A program made the translations under genes and the position numbers. From positions 44,208,001 to 44,272,000 of the forward strand of contig NC_086097.1 in assembly GCF_963921235.1 (NCBI RefSeq): 64,000 bases of DNA, given 5' to 3'. Below the pieces are notes generated by a model that did not search any database, was not told the origin of the DNA, and saw only the letters and a list, made by a program, of their open reading frames with translations. Below, piece by piece: positions 1 through 12,335 of this stretch (the first letter of the stretch is position 1; every line of letters starts with the position of its first letter). The stretch is from Mobula hypostoma. Its lineage: Eukaryota.

Positions 1-595
1 GATGTGCCAATTTACTCAATTCCAACAGCTGAAGGGAGAGTGAAGAATTTATCGAAGGACCGCGAGAAGTCGGCATCGTTTGGCAGTTTAATAAAGAATT
101 GACCTTATTGAGTCTTTGTTGGAGGAGTACTTGCATCGAGATAACTCTTGCCAGAAAGAGCAAGGAGTTCATGCAAAAAGGTGTTCTCTCTCTCTCTCTC
201 TCTCTCTCTCAAAAGGAATTTAAGGTCAGTTGATTTAAACTGTTTATTTTCAGCATCGTGAATCCTGTGGACAGAACCGGCAGTAAAGTTGCGTCTGTGA
301 AGAAATCCTTCTCCAGAGAAGTCTCTCCCAATTGAACGTGTAAAACTGTTGGACTTTCGAAGTTGTCGCTTGAAGAACTATATCTGACTGTATCACTTTA
401 AGAACTGTTTTCGCATTTAACGCTTTAAGAACCAGAGCCGAGTGGCGAGTTGGTGAACGGTTGCATATCTGTTAACTTCCGGTTAAAGTTTTCCTTTGTT
501 TTTATCCCCTTATCGTTTATACGTGTTTAATAAATGTTCGGTTGTTTTTATATAACCTGTCTTGATTGATATTCACTGTTGCCGTATACGTAACA
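1..595 (+). mobile_element. 3' part of an LTR (Gypsy-type), cut by the window start
   Basis: AATAAA at 529-534, then the terminus ...TACGTAACA at 587-595. Its reverse complement TGTTACGTA equals the LTR terminus at 63452. Confidence 0.55.
186..210. repeat. (TC)n microsatellite
   Basis: Directly visible TC dinucleotide run. Confidence 0.95.
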
Positions 596-711
596 CTTAA
601 AACAGGTCATTCTAGCAGTAGGTCAGATTTACTGTTGGAAGCTCCCAAACATTATTTCGTATACACAGTAATGCTTTACATCAATCTCAATCATCAATAA
701 TCTATGCTTTC

Positions 712-870
712 AACAACAAAAAACAAATTGTTGGAGGAATTCAAAATGTGAAACAGCATCTGTGGAGGCACAGGGATTGTTGATGTTTTGAATCAGGACT
801 GATGTGAGATGATGAAGAGTTTTGACATAAATGTTGACTACCTCTTTGCTTCCACAGATGCTGCTTGTCT
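712..870. mobile_element. Degenerate Penelope-like terminal-repeat remnant, loosely palindromic
   Basis: ttggaggaattc...cagcatctgtggagg and the inverted tccacagatgctg resemble the repeats at 6150, 38535 and 55085. Confidence 0.5.
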
Positions 871-1910
871 TTTTTATCCCCCGCCCCCCTTCAGATTCTA
901 ACATTGGTATTTATTTTTGTCTTTGAGAACCTGTGTTTGCTGTATACAAGAGTATACAAATGCTGCTCCCTTGTTTACTTTAAAATGCCTGAGGTTACTT
1001 CACAGGAGGGTTCTCCCATTAGGAATATTGGGGCAAATGGGGGATAGGCATGTTCACGAAGCAGAGAAAAAGTTGATGGTTTTAAGGCTTGGGGTTTATT
1101 CAGCTGCATGTCTGACGAGTCAAGTGATTGACATTGGAAATAGGAGGACGGAGTTAGAGGAGTGAAGATATCCTGGATGTGTAAAGCAGGAGAGGATTGT
1201 AATGAAAGGGGGTAAGGTTATAGAGGGATTAGAAAATGGAGCTAACTTTTTAATATGGATTCATTGTGGGTTGATTATTAAAGGAGTAATTGGTGGATAG
1301 GACTTATAGTGAGTTAGAACAAGGATAATAGAACTTTGGGTAACCTTAGGTTATGGAGGGGGAAGGAAGTAGGAGACTGACCTGGGATGTGTTGGATCCA
1401 AGGCATAGGCAGAGTCAAGGATTGTTAGTTGTCTTCCAATAATAGATCTCAGACAAGCAGTCAGACAGCTTAGAAACTGTGGAGGGTTGGTGGCAGTTGT
1501 CCATTGTCCAGCACTTATTTTCTATGCTTAGATGATTTTAGTGCTTGTTTAGACACTTCTTAAGACTTCCTATTGATCAGCTTCCATCAACCTCCCAAAC
1601 ACTGTGATCCAGGTATTTGCCCTCTCTGGGTGAAAAGGGTCTCCTTTCCGATTTCCTCTAAGCCTCTTACCTCTTGCCTAAAATCTATATCCTCTACTTC
1701 TATCTACATTTGATATGGGGAAAGGTTTCCTGCCATCTATTACCTATACGCCTCATAATATTATATACCTTAACATCCCGCACTCTAAGAAAAACAGATC
1801 CATTCTTTCCTCTTAATTAAAATGCTCTCATTTGGCAAGAGTCAGATCCACCAACCTAAAACGCAGTTTTCAGAAATGGTATTTCAGAAAGATGAGTGTT
1901 GATTTGAAAT

Positions 1911-2515
1911 AAGACCATAAGACACGGGAGTGGAATAAGGTCTCTGGGCCCATAGAGTAGCTACATCATTCAGTCATGGCTGACTTATTTTCCCTCTCAA
2001 TCCTATTGAATTGAATTGACTTTATTACTTACATCCTTCATATACACTTCTCCTTGTAACCTTTGACACCCTTAGTAACCAAGAATTTATCAATCTCTGT
2101 TTTAAATATACCCAAGGACTTGGCCTTCACAACATATCAGTGGCAATGAATTTCACAGATTCACCATCCTCTTGCTAACGAAATTTCTCTTCATCCTTGT
2201 CCAAGGGATGTCCGTAAGTTCTGAGGCTGTGCCCTCTGGTCCTAGACTCCTGCTATTGGAAACATCCTCACCACGTCGACTTGACTTGGGCCTTTCAATA
2301 TTTGGTACATTTCAATGAGATCTCCCCTCATTCTTCTAAACTTGAGTGAGTATAGGCCCAGAGGCACGAAACACTCCATGCATGTTAGCTGTTTTGTTCC
2401 CGGGTTCATTCTTGTAAGCCTCCTCTGGATCTTCTCTCATTCTAGCACATCCTTTCTTTGATATGGGGTCCAATACTGCACACAGTGCCTCAAATGCAGT
2501 CTGGCCAATGCCTTG
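1911..2515 (-). mobile_element. CR1 LINE 3' fragment
   Basis: aagaccataagac tail, i.e. (TCTTATGG)n on the minus strand. Homologous to the other CR1 3' ends in the window. Confidence 0.85.
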
Positions 2516-2624
2516 GAATTACATTCTTGAAAAAAGTAATTGTAAAAATAAAGATCAGAAAAGAAACAGCCTTAGATCAACTGGACGATACAAACCCATG
2601 TCAGGATGCTGTTCATCGACTATA

Positions 2625-3756
2625 ACTCAGTGTTTAACACCATCATTCCCACAGTCCTGATCAATAAGCTACAGAACTTGGGCCTCTGTACCTCCCTCTG
2701 CAACTGGATATTTGGCTTCCTTAACCGGAAGACCACAACCTGTGCAGATTGGTGATAATATCTCCTCCTCACTGACGATCAACACTGGGGTGTGTGCTTG
2801 GCCCACGGCTCTACTCCCTCTATACCCATGACTGTGTGGCCAGGAACAGCTCAAATGCCATCTATAAATTTGATGATGATACAACCATTGTTGGCAGAAT
2901 CTCAGATGGAGATGAGAGGGTATACGGGAGTGAGGAATACCAGTTAGCTGAGTGGTGTCACAGCAATAATCTTGCCCTCAATGCCAGTAAGACCAAAGAG
3001 CTGATTGTGGACTTCAGGAAGGGTAAGAAAAGGAAACACAAACCAATCCTCAAAGGGGGATCAGAAGAGGAGAGTGAGCAATTTCAAGTCCCTGGGTGTT
3101 AAGATCTCTGAGGATCTAACCTGGTCCTAACATATCGATGCAGCTATAAAGAAGGCAAGACAGTGGCTATATTTCAATAGGAGTTTGAAGAGATTTAGTT
3201 TGTCACCTAAAACAATCAAAAACTTCTATAGAAGTACCATGGAGATTATTCTGGCAGACTGAATCACTGTCTGGTTTGAGGGGGCTACTGCACAGGACTG
3301 AAAGTTGTAAAATTAGTCAGCTCCATCTTGGGTACTAGCCTCCATAGTATCCAAGAGATCTTCAAAGAGTGGTGCCTCAGAAAGGCAGTGTTCATTATTA
3401 AGGACCTCCATCACCCAGGACATGCCCTCTTTTCACTGTTACCATCAGGTAGGAGGTACAGAAGCCTAAAGGCACACAGTGATTCGGAAACCGCTTCTTC
3501 CCCTCTGCTATCTGATTCCTAAATGGACACTTGGGATGCTGAATCCATGAACACCACCTCACTTTATTATATATTATTTCTATTTTACACAATTTTAATC
3601 TATTATATACATATTTACTGTAATTGATTTACTCATCTAGTTTTTTTCTTTCTATATTTATCATGTATTGCATTGTACTGCTGCCACTAAGTTAACAAAT
3701 TTCACGATACATGCCGGTGATAATAAACCTGATTCTGATTTTGATTCTGATTCTGA
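2625..3756 (+). mobile_element. Rex1/Babar-type LINE, 5'-truncated RT pseudogene
   Basis: ORF 2794-3102 reads LYSLYTHDCVARNSSNAIYKFDDDTTIVGRI...SKTKELIVDFRK. AATAAA is followed by a (TTCTGA)n tail at 3723-3756. Confidence 0.85.
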
Positions 3757-4370
3757 AACAAAGAAAAAGGTGTTCAGAGCTGGGGCAGGAGGTGCCAGTG
3801 GAGAAGGGGGAGTGAAGGATGAGGCACAGTCAGCCAATATGGCCTCAGTCCTAGTGACAAAAAAAATCATGTTTTTTGCATTTGTTTTGGAAGGTAAATT
3901 GAGATTCATTGGACAGAGAGGATTAGTAATATAACTTGCTGTAGAGATATGTAGCCAGGGTTGCATTTGCACTGCCTTTGTATTCCTGAAATGATGAGCT
4001 ATTTTGACAATTGAAAGCCGGGTGACCCAAGCTTTCTCTCCTTTCACAATAGATCTAATAGTCTCATTACTCAGAAAATGTCCCAACCCAGTTTCAAATT
4101 ATGTGAGTAAAGACACCTCGTTTTCCTTTATCTCCCCCATAAATAAAATTCTGTTGTGTTTTCAGAAGGAACAAGTCAATATCTTTGAAGGATTCAGATA
4201 TTTTTCTGTCTCCTGCTAAATACCTACTGTCTTTGATTTTATGAGGCATTACGCCATGTCTGTAACATATGCATGTCTTATACATAAAATCTTTGCTAGT
4301 TCACCTAATTAGATGAAACTAAGCTTTCATGTAATCCAATTTTTGAAATACTGCTGCTTTATATAAGTAG

Positions 4371-4921
4371 GCACTTTAATAGGTACACCTGCACAGCTTG
4401 TTAATTCATATAACTAATCAGCCAATCATGTAGTGGCAACTCAGTGCATAAAAGCATGCAGACATGGTCAAGAGGTTCAGTTGTTGTTCAGACCAAACAT
4501 CAGAGTGGGGAAGAAGTGTGCTCTATATGACTTTGATTGTGGAATAATTGTTGGTGCCAGATGGGGTGGTCTGAGTATCTCAGAAACTGCTGATTTCATG
4601 GGATTTTCATACACACCAGTCTCTAAAGTTTACAGAGAAATAGCGCATTTTTAATCCAGCGAGCAGCAGTTCTGTGGGCAAAATGTCTTATAAATGAGGG
4701 AAGTCAGAGGAGAATGACCAGAATGTTTCAAGCTGACGGGAAGGTGACAGTAACTCAAATAACCACATGTTACAACAGTGGTGCGTAGAAGAGCATCTCT
4801 GAATGCAGAACACGTTGAACCTTGAAATGGATGGGCTACAGCGGCAGAAGACCATGAACATACACTTAGTGGCCACTTCATTAGCTACAGGAGCTACCTA
4901 ATGAAGTTGCCATGGAGTGCA
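4371..4921 (+). mobile_element. Tc1/mariner remnant (transposase N-terminal HTH plus TIR remnants)
   Basis: ORF 4433-4654 reads GKKCALYDFDCGIIVGARWGGLSISETADFMGFSYTPVSKVYRE. TIR-like cactt(t/c)a(a/t)tag(g/c)tac at 4372 and 4874, with an inverted copy at 4895-4920. Confidence 0.8.
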
Positions 4922-5484
4922 TATAGATTTTTTAAAAATAGCGTTCTTTCCATTTCAAAACCAAGCAGCCTCATTTTTCTCCTCTTCGCTCAAATGAAAT
5001 ACTGTTTCTCCACAGGAATTGCAAAGCACAAATGAGTAGGTCTGTTTATATTGAAACTTGTTTGATTGTTATAGCTAAAAGTTATTACTGCAAACAAGCC
5101 AGCATCTCTTAGCACTACAATGAAGAGTCAGATCATCCATGAGCTCAAACCCTGAATGGCAGTTAAGCCCCAGGTTTTCTGACTTGGATTGATACACAGT
5201 ACTAACAGCTGAGCCAAACTGAACAAATCCAATGATTTTATATTATCATAAACAAATATAATGGTGATGAGTCAAAACCAGTTTTACGGTCACATTATAA
5301 GCATTTTGCAGCCATGCAGAATGACAATGGATTTGAAATCCACGGTAATCCTGCAGCCTTCTTCACTTAAACTTCTTTGTGGTCTACTTTGTAGCATTCT
5401 CATTTCCTAAAGTTTCACTTCAATGTTGTGAAAGCAGAAAGACAGTGCTTAGAATAATATTGATGTTTGTACTAACCTATAGGT

Positions 5485-5742
5485 CTTTTAAACCAAGGGC
5501 CCCTCTTCCCTCCTTCATGGCCACAAAAATTCCAAAGTTTCTCTTTTGAAGAAGATGATTAAGAGTTCTTCCCAGTGTTCCTTGATCAAATCCATAAAAA
5601 GTGTAATTATTGGGTCACTCTGTTTCTGAAGCAGCTGCTAAGATTCCTTTATTCTAATATTCTCTACACTTTAAATGCAATTAATTGCTGTAAAGCTCTT
5701 CAGGATGTTCTCCTGTCCATAAAAGTGCTCTATAAATAGACA
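5485..5742 (+). mobile_element. Ancient DeuSINE-like remnant (AmnSINE/SacSINE type)
   Basis: ttaaaccaagggcccc...gaagaaga...gagttcttcccagtgttcctt, and the 3' end gtaaagctctt...aaaagtgctctataaat, resemble the recalled Deu domain and L2-type tail. Confidence 0.5.
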
Positions 5743-6149
5743 TTTTTATGCTGATGTGTAGTGATTAAACCACACTTCAAGAATACTATTAAGCAAATAA
5801 TACAAAATATTCTCAAAAGAAGGCAATTGAGAATTATTAATGGATGAATCATTTTAAATACATGTATGACAGGTTGCTCAGTCCCTGATTGATTTATTCC
5901 AAATATGCATTCTGTTGCAAGAAATAATTCTACAATAAAGAATTTCACAAAGAGCAATTCCTCTATGCAGCATGGGAATTATAATCAATGTTCTTTTATT
6001 GATATTAAACCTTCACAAAAGGAAGATAACAGCAAGTGATGTGTTCCAGAACCTAACATGATAATATTTGACTATTTTAACATTTCTAAGCCTATGGTGA
6101 AAATCAGCTTCTTGAATTAAATTGAACTGGAATGAATTTCTGACATTTT

Positions 6150-6293
6150 ACCCTTCCTTTCCAGTCCTGAAGAGGGGTCTCAGCCTGAAACACTGACTGT
6201 TTATTCATTTCCATAGATGCTGCCTGACCTGCTGAGTCCCTCCAGCATTTTGTGTGTTACCTGGGATTTCTAGAATTTGTAGACTTTCTCTTG
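6150..6293 (+). mobile_element. Penelope-like terminal repeat with a degenerate hammerhead (6162-6199)
   Basis: cagtc-CTGAAGA-ggggtctcagcct-GAAA-cact-gactg followed by gatgctgcctgacctgctgag... Confidence 0.75.
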
Positions 6294-6295
6294 TT

Positions 6296-8225
6296 AGACC
6301 ACAAGACCATAAGATATAGGAGCAGAATTAAGCAATTTGGCCCATTGAGTCTGCTCCACCATTTCATCATGGCTGATCCAATCTCTAGCCTTCTCCCCAT
6401 ATCCCTTCATGCCCTGACCAATCAAGAATCTGTCAACCTTTGCCTTAAATATACATAAAGACTTGGCCTCCACAGCTGTCTGTGGTAAAGTATTCCACAG
6501 ATTCACCACTCGTTGGCTAAAGAAATCCTTCTTCATCACCATTCCAAAAGGACGCCCCCCATTCTGAAGCTGTCTTCTCTAGTCTTAGACTCTCCTACCA
6601 TAGGAAACATCCTCTCCACATCCACTTTATCAAGGCCTTTCACCATTTGATAGGTTTCAATGAGTTCGCCCCTCATTCTTCTGAAATCTAGTGAATACAA
6701 GCCTGGAGCCATCAAACACCTTTCATATGACAAGCCACTCAATACTGAAATCATTTTTGTGAACCTCCTTTGAATCCTGTCCAGTTTCAGAATGTCCTTT
6801 TTAAGATAAGGGTCCCAAAACTGCTCATAATACTTTGTGAGGCCTCACCAGTGCTTTATAAAGTCTCAACATTACATCTTTGCTTTTATATTCTAGTCCT
6901 CTTGAACTGAATGCTAACATTACATTTGCCTCCCTCATTACAGACTCAACCCACAAATTAACCTTTAGGGAATCTTGCACAAGCACTCCCAAGTCCCTTA
7001 GCACTTCAGTTTTTTTTTTGTATTTTCTCTCCATTTAGAAAATAGTCAACCCTTTCATTTCTTCTACCAAAGTGCATAACCATACACATATAGGCACTGT
7101 ATTCCATCTGCCATTTCTTTGCTCATTCTCCTAATCTGTCTAAGCCCTTCTGTAACCTCTGAACTTCTTCAAAACCACCTGCTCCTCCACCTATCTTCAT
7201 ATCATCTGCAAACTTTGTGACAAAGCCATCAATTGCGTCATCCAAATCATTGACATATAACATAAAAAGTATCAGTCCCAACACAAACCCCTGTGGAACA
7301 CCACTAGTCACCAGCAGCCAGCCAGAAAAGTCTCCCTTTATTCACATTCTTTTCCTCTTGCCAATCAGCTGCTGCTTTATCCGTGCCAGAATCTTTCCTG
7401 TAATACCATGGGGTCTTGCCTTGTTAAGCAGCCTCGTGTGTGACACCTTGTCAAAGGCCTTCTGAAAATCCAAGTACACCATCAACCAATTCTCCTTTGT
7501 CTATCCTGCTAATTATTTCTTCAAAGAATTCTAACAGATTTGTCAGGCAAGATTTTCCCGAGGGGAAATCATGGTGACTATGACGTATTTTATCATATGT
7601 CTCCAAGTATCCTGGGACTGTATCCTTAACAGTCTACTCCAACATCTTCCCAACTATTGAGGTCAGACTAATTGGCCTATAGTTCCCTTTCTTCTGCCTC
7701 TCTCCCTGTTTGAAGAGTGGAGTAACATTTGCAATTTTCCAGTCTTCTGGAACCTTTCCAGAATCTAGTGCTCCTTGAAAGATCATTACCAATGCTTCCA
7801 TTATCTCTTCAGCCACCTCTTTCAGAATCCTGGGGTGTAGTCCATCTGGTCCAGGTGACTTATCTACCCTCAGACTTTTCATTTTCCCAAAAACCTTCTC
7901 TTCACACACATTCATAATCCCTGACACCTGGAACTTCCACTATGCTGCTAGTGTTTTCCACAGTGAAGACAGACACAAAATATTTATTCAGTTTGTTCAC
8001 CATTTTGTTGACCCCCATTACTACCTCTCCAGCATCGTTTTCCAGTGGTCCAACATCCACTCTTGCCTCTCTTTTATAATTTATGTATCTGAAGACACTT
8101 TTGGTAACCTCTTTAATATTATTGGCTAGCTTACTTTCATATTCTACCTTTACCTTCATGACTTTTTTAGCTGTCTTCTGTAGGGTTTTAAAATGTTCCC
8201 AATCCTCGAACTTTCCACAATTTTA
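6296..8225 (-). mobile_element. CR1 LINE, 5'-truncated ORF2 (RT) pseudogene
   Basis: Minus-strand ORFs: KSPGPDGLHPRILKE, NYRPISLTSIVGK, SGVPQGFVLG, FADDMKIGG. CR1 3' tail at 6296. Confidence 0.93.
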
Positions 8226-9879
8226 TCTTGAATTAAGTAATTTATAAATACATGAAAGATGAATAACTTATTTCAAATTTACCTGTGAATTACTGTTGGT
8301 TTACTTTTGAAAAAAAATTGCACCACATCTTTTTATTCGGACATGGCAATGTAACAATTGCTTTTAAAATAATGTCAACATTCAGAATTTTGGTTAGGTG
8401 CACATATAAATCAATTTTACATTCTCCTGTATTCGGCACACTAAAGTTATCCTCTACAGTTCTGGGTAATGAATGATGGGAAGAGTCTGCATTTGTCCCT
8501 GGAGAATACACATTTGTGGATATTGGGTAAGCATCCAATTTAATTCATTTTTCTACCTTGTCATAATGGAGCAGATGGCCAACACCATTGTTCAGAATGT
8601 GAAGAAAGATCTCTTGAACAAAATATTCAGTGACTTTTGACATGAATGAAATGATATCAACTTTAGTAAAAGATAATTTTTTAAAAAGAAGAAAATGGAA
8701 ACTCAGTTGGTCTGTTATTTAAAAAACTTCAACTCCTCGCCTGTTGCAAACGTTCTTCTTTCAGTAGCAATGCTTTCAGTGGTAATGCTACTGTGACACT
8801 GCAATTTCCTTTGGGATCAATAAAGTATCTATCTGCCTATCAATAATAATTTGCAATGCATTGCTTTTTACTGCAGTTGTGTTATATGTACCTCATCACA
8901 AACAACTTCAGTAATGTTAATTGTAAATCAATGATAAATGATAATTAGGATGATTTAATTTTGCCTTTTAATGTTTTTATCAAAGGAAACTAAATCTGAA
9001 CTTCATGCATTCCTGCTTAGTGGCTTCTGTCACTTATTCTTAATGTGGGGATCTTATCATTATAAAAATGATTAACCGGTATACCAGCATTATTATACCA
9101 GGGTTGAATATGCCCACCACTCAGAATACTAATTCTTGTATTTCCTTCAATTACAATTGGCAAACTTCTAAGTTGCCTCATCTGTTCTAAGAGTTTCACC
9201 ATCAGTTGAATTCTACGTTTGTGTGGCTAAGAATTATCAAAGGTTGTAAATAAAAGTTAGTTTAAAATGTACACTGGGTTATAACATGTTTCCCCAGAGA
9301 TCCCAGTGCTGAATGATGCATCATAACTCACATGAAAGGTGACTAATTTGCAAATACAGATACCAAGGAGAAAATGGCCTCTGGAGGTAGAAAATGCAGG
9401 AGGTTTCAAGGAGGAAAGTTTTGGTGTGGTGTCTAATTCCGTAAATAAAATTTGTATTGATAGAACAATGTATCTAATTATATCAATGACTCAATTTTTC
9501 AGTTTGCTCTAGAATCCAGCAGCTTATCAATTGAACCAAACTTATCACCTGTAAAAACAAACTTCTTTGTAAAATTTAATTAGGCATACATAGGGTACTA
9601 GATCCCGTTTGCTTACCAACAGAGTTTTACTGATACAGTACATGTTTGGTACCTCAAATGCACAGTTAGAATCAGTCAGTATGAGTCAACTTCCACCAGA
9701 CATCTATACAACTTCAGTTAACTGCAGGCACCACAATTAGAAATAAATTTGTAGCTGAGGACAAAACTGTTGCCAGAATGTTAACAACAGGAATTCTGCA
9801 GATGCTGGAAATTCAAGCAACACACATCAAAGTTGCTGGTGAACGCAGCAGGCCAGGCAGCATCTGTAGGAAGAGGTGC

Positions 9880-9915
9880 AGTCGACGTTTCAGGCCGAGA
9901 CCCTTCCTCAGGACT
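9880..9915 (-). ncRNA. Minimal type-I hammerhead ribozyme motif
   Basis: Minus strand reads agtc-CTGAGGA-agggtctcggcct-GAAA-cGTC-gact. Confidence 0.7.
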
Positions 9916-9978
9916 AACTGAAGGAAGAGTGAGTAAGGCCTCCAACTTTCAAATCCCTTACTCACTCTTCCTTCAGTT

Positions 9979-10014
9979 AGTCCTGACGAAGGGTCTCAGC
10001 CTGAAACGTCAACT
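9979..10014 (+). ncRNA. Minimal type-I hammerhead motif with a stem I mismatch
   Basis: agtc-CTGACGA-agggtctcagcct-GAAA-cGTC-aact. Confidence 0.6.
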
Positions 10015-10974
10015 GCACCTCTTCCTAGAGATGCTGCCTGGCCTGCTGCGTTCACCAGCAACTTTGATGTGTGTTGCCAGAATGTTATTTCAATTACTGA
10101 GCTCTGCTTTAGTATATCCCTCCCCTTTCTTGATCCAAGATTTATTGTGATCATTATACAGGGCATCAACAGCTCAGAACTTCCTCTGCAGGGTCTCCTG
10201 CCTGTAGCAGGAAGAGGAAATTAGAACACAGCCATGATCATTTTATTTTCATTGGTGTCAGGATCTCTGTAAGGGCTCCAGTTGCAAACAAACTGAATCG
10301 TGGCCAATAGTGACGTATTATCCAGATGCCCTGTAGCGTTCAGCTGATGTTCACATCAAAAAATGTTTAAAATGGGTGCTGCAGGATGTCATATAGCTGA
10401 ATTGGATTTTTTCTAACCTTGGCTTCTCCCTGAATAAATCTCAGAACACAGTCAAAAGGACAGAAACTTTGTAAAATGGGCAGACCTTTTCCTTTGTCCC
10501 TATGAATAAATTCACCAAAAGGAATTTTACAGCTCTGAAGGAACTAATCACTTAATCCCATTCCTCTGCCATAATTTATATTCTTTAATTTGTTTTCTTT
10601 GTAGTTTTGAAAACTATTATAGATTCAGCCTCTCTTTTTGACATTTTTTAAATCTGCATTCTTGTCTTTAATTTATAAACTCATCAATGGAAATTTTAAT
10701 CAAAATGTGCCATTATTTTGTTTAGTCCAATCAGACTTCCCAACCTCAAACTCTTTTGCCTAATGATAGGAAAACTATAATTAATTAATTTGTCATGCTA
10801 TAAAAAAACTACTTTAATACTGCACCATACATTTATGGAATAATTTTCTGAGAGTATCTTAATGAAGTTCTTTTAGACTCTATTTACACATACTCTTTTA
10901 CCTCCAAAGGTTCAATTAAACTTTCCAGACTCAACAATTTCTTTGGGTTGAAATATTGACACCTAAGACAAATA

Positions 10975-11280
10975 AAGGCATCCGTTAGTCTTGCGAGACC
11001 ATGGATCTGCGCCTGGAAAGTCTTCACTCTCCAGGGCGCAGGCCTGAGCAAGGTTGTATGAAAGACCAGCAGTTGCCCATGTTGCAAGTCTCCTCTCTCC
11101 ACGACACCGATGTTGTCCAACGGAAGGGCATTAGGACCCATACAGCTTGGCACCAGTTTCATCGCAGAGCACTGTGTGGTTAAGTGCCTTGCTCAAGGAC
11201 ACGTTGCCTCGGCGGAGGCTTGAACTCACAACCTTCAGATCACTAGTCGAATGCCTTAACCACTTGGCCACATGCCCACA
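10975..11280 (-). mobile_element. tRNA-derived SINE with a CORE-like block
   Basis: Minus strand: A box TGGCCAAGTGG, B box GAGTTCAAGCC, then gtgtccttgagcaaggcacttaacc. GC-rich hairpin at about 11009-11039. Confidence 0.8.
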
Positions 11281-11379
11281 CAATTTTTATCAATACATTA
11301 AATGAGTAGTTTTCCTTTGTCTTCGTCAATGTAGGAGGAGGTGGTTTTGTCACTAGAAACAGTTTAAAAAAGATAAGTC

Positions 11380-12335
11380 AGCAGGACCAAATGGGAGACA
11401 TCCTGGGATGTTGAGGACCGTGTGTGAGGAAACTGGAGAAATGCTGACCATCATCTTCAGTGCTCTTTAGATACAAGAAAAGTGCCTAAACACCAGCAAT
11501 TGGCAAAAGTAATTCCCTTCCTTAAAACTTTAAAACAGATTCCTCCCACAACCGCAGGCAGACAGTTTAACCTCAGCAGTGTGGTGAATTCTAAATATAT
11601 TGATTCAGGGTAGGATTAAAAGCTCGGTTCTTTAGGACTAGCCAACAAAGATTAAGAACAAATTACGTGTTACCCATTTGGTAGAATTTTTGATGAGGTG
11701 ACAGAATTTTACTGTGTGTTGTTGCTTTATAAAACTCCGGTTAGGCCATCGCTGGATTATTGTATTCAATTCTGGTCACCCCATTATCAGGAGGATGTGG
11801 AGGCTTTGGAGAGGGTGCAGAAGAGGTTTACCAGGATGCTAGCTAGATTAGAGGGCAGGTGCTACAAGGAGACGTTGCACAAACTTGGCTTGTTTTTATT
11901 TTGATCCGGAGCAGTGGAGGTTAGGGGGTGGCCTGATAGGAGTATATAAAATTATAGGGGCATACTGTAGATAGATCACTCAGCTGGTACCTTTCTCCCA
12001 GAATCAAAATGTCTCTATGAAAGGACATGCATTTAGGGTGAAATAGGAAGGGTGGGGTGCATGGGGGTCAAAGTACATGTGCAGGTCAATACTTTTTACA
12101 CAGTAAGTAGTGGGGCCTGGAATGCACTGCTGGGGGGGGGGGCGGGGGGTGGAGAGCCAGATATGAAGATATGATAGAGGTGTTTAAGGGGTTCTTTGAT
12201 AGGGAAACTGGAAAATATATAGTGAGGAAAAATATGCAAGATTGCACAGATGGGGCGAGGTTATAAAACTTGTGAGTTGCTCTAAAAGGTATTCAATGTG
12301 CAATGGCCTCTTGTATGGACCCATTCTATGATTCA
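11380..12335 (+). mobile_element. Old, internally deleted CR1 LINE
   Basis: ORF 11698-11904 reads LYKTPVRPSLDYCIQFWSPHYQEDVEALERVQKRFTRM. Decayed RT N-terminus upstream. Confidence 0.8.

Larger units (their letters stand above)
9784..10077. mobile_element. Short palindromic Penelope-like insertion (two inverted terminal repeats)
   Basis: About 9817-9938 is the reverse complement of about 9956-10077. Flanked by the direct repeat tgttgccagaatgtta (9768-9783 and 10072-10087). Confidence 0.88.

Noticed and set aside
1040..1830. Old L2/CR1 fragments (also about 18990-19390, 33990-34340 and 55740-56100)
   Set aside because: Only vague resemblance; family and boundaries cannot be supported without a profile search.
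3668..3934. Low-complexity ORF (DSDFDSDS...GAGGASGEGG)
   Set aside because: Its first half is the LINE 3'UTR and (TTCTGA)n tail. No evidence of coding function.
8460..8526. Candidate exon (ctacag|...|gtaagc; FWVMNDGKSLHLSLENTHLWIL)
   Set aside because: Splice signals are plausible but I recognise no protein and see no partner exons. It needs RNA-seq support.
11205..11280. tRNA gene
   Set aside because: A and B boxes are present but run directly into a SINE body, with no convincing cloverleaf. The same applies at 19406, 35867 and 56960-57030.
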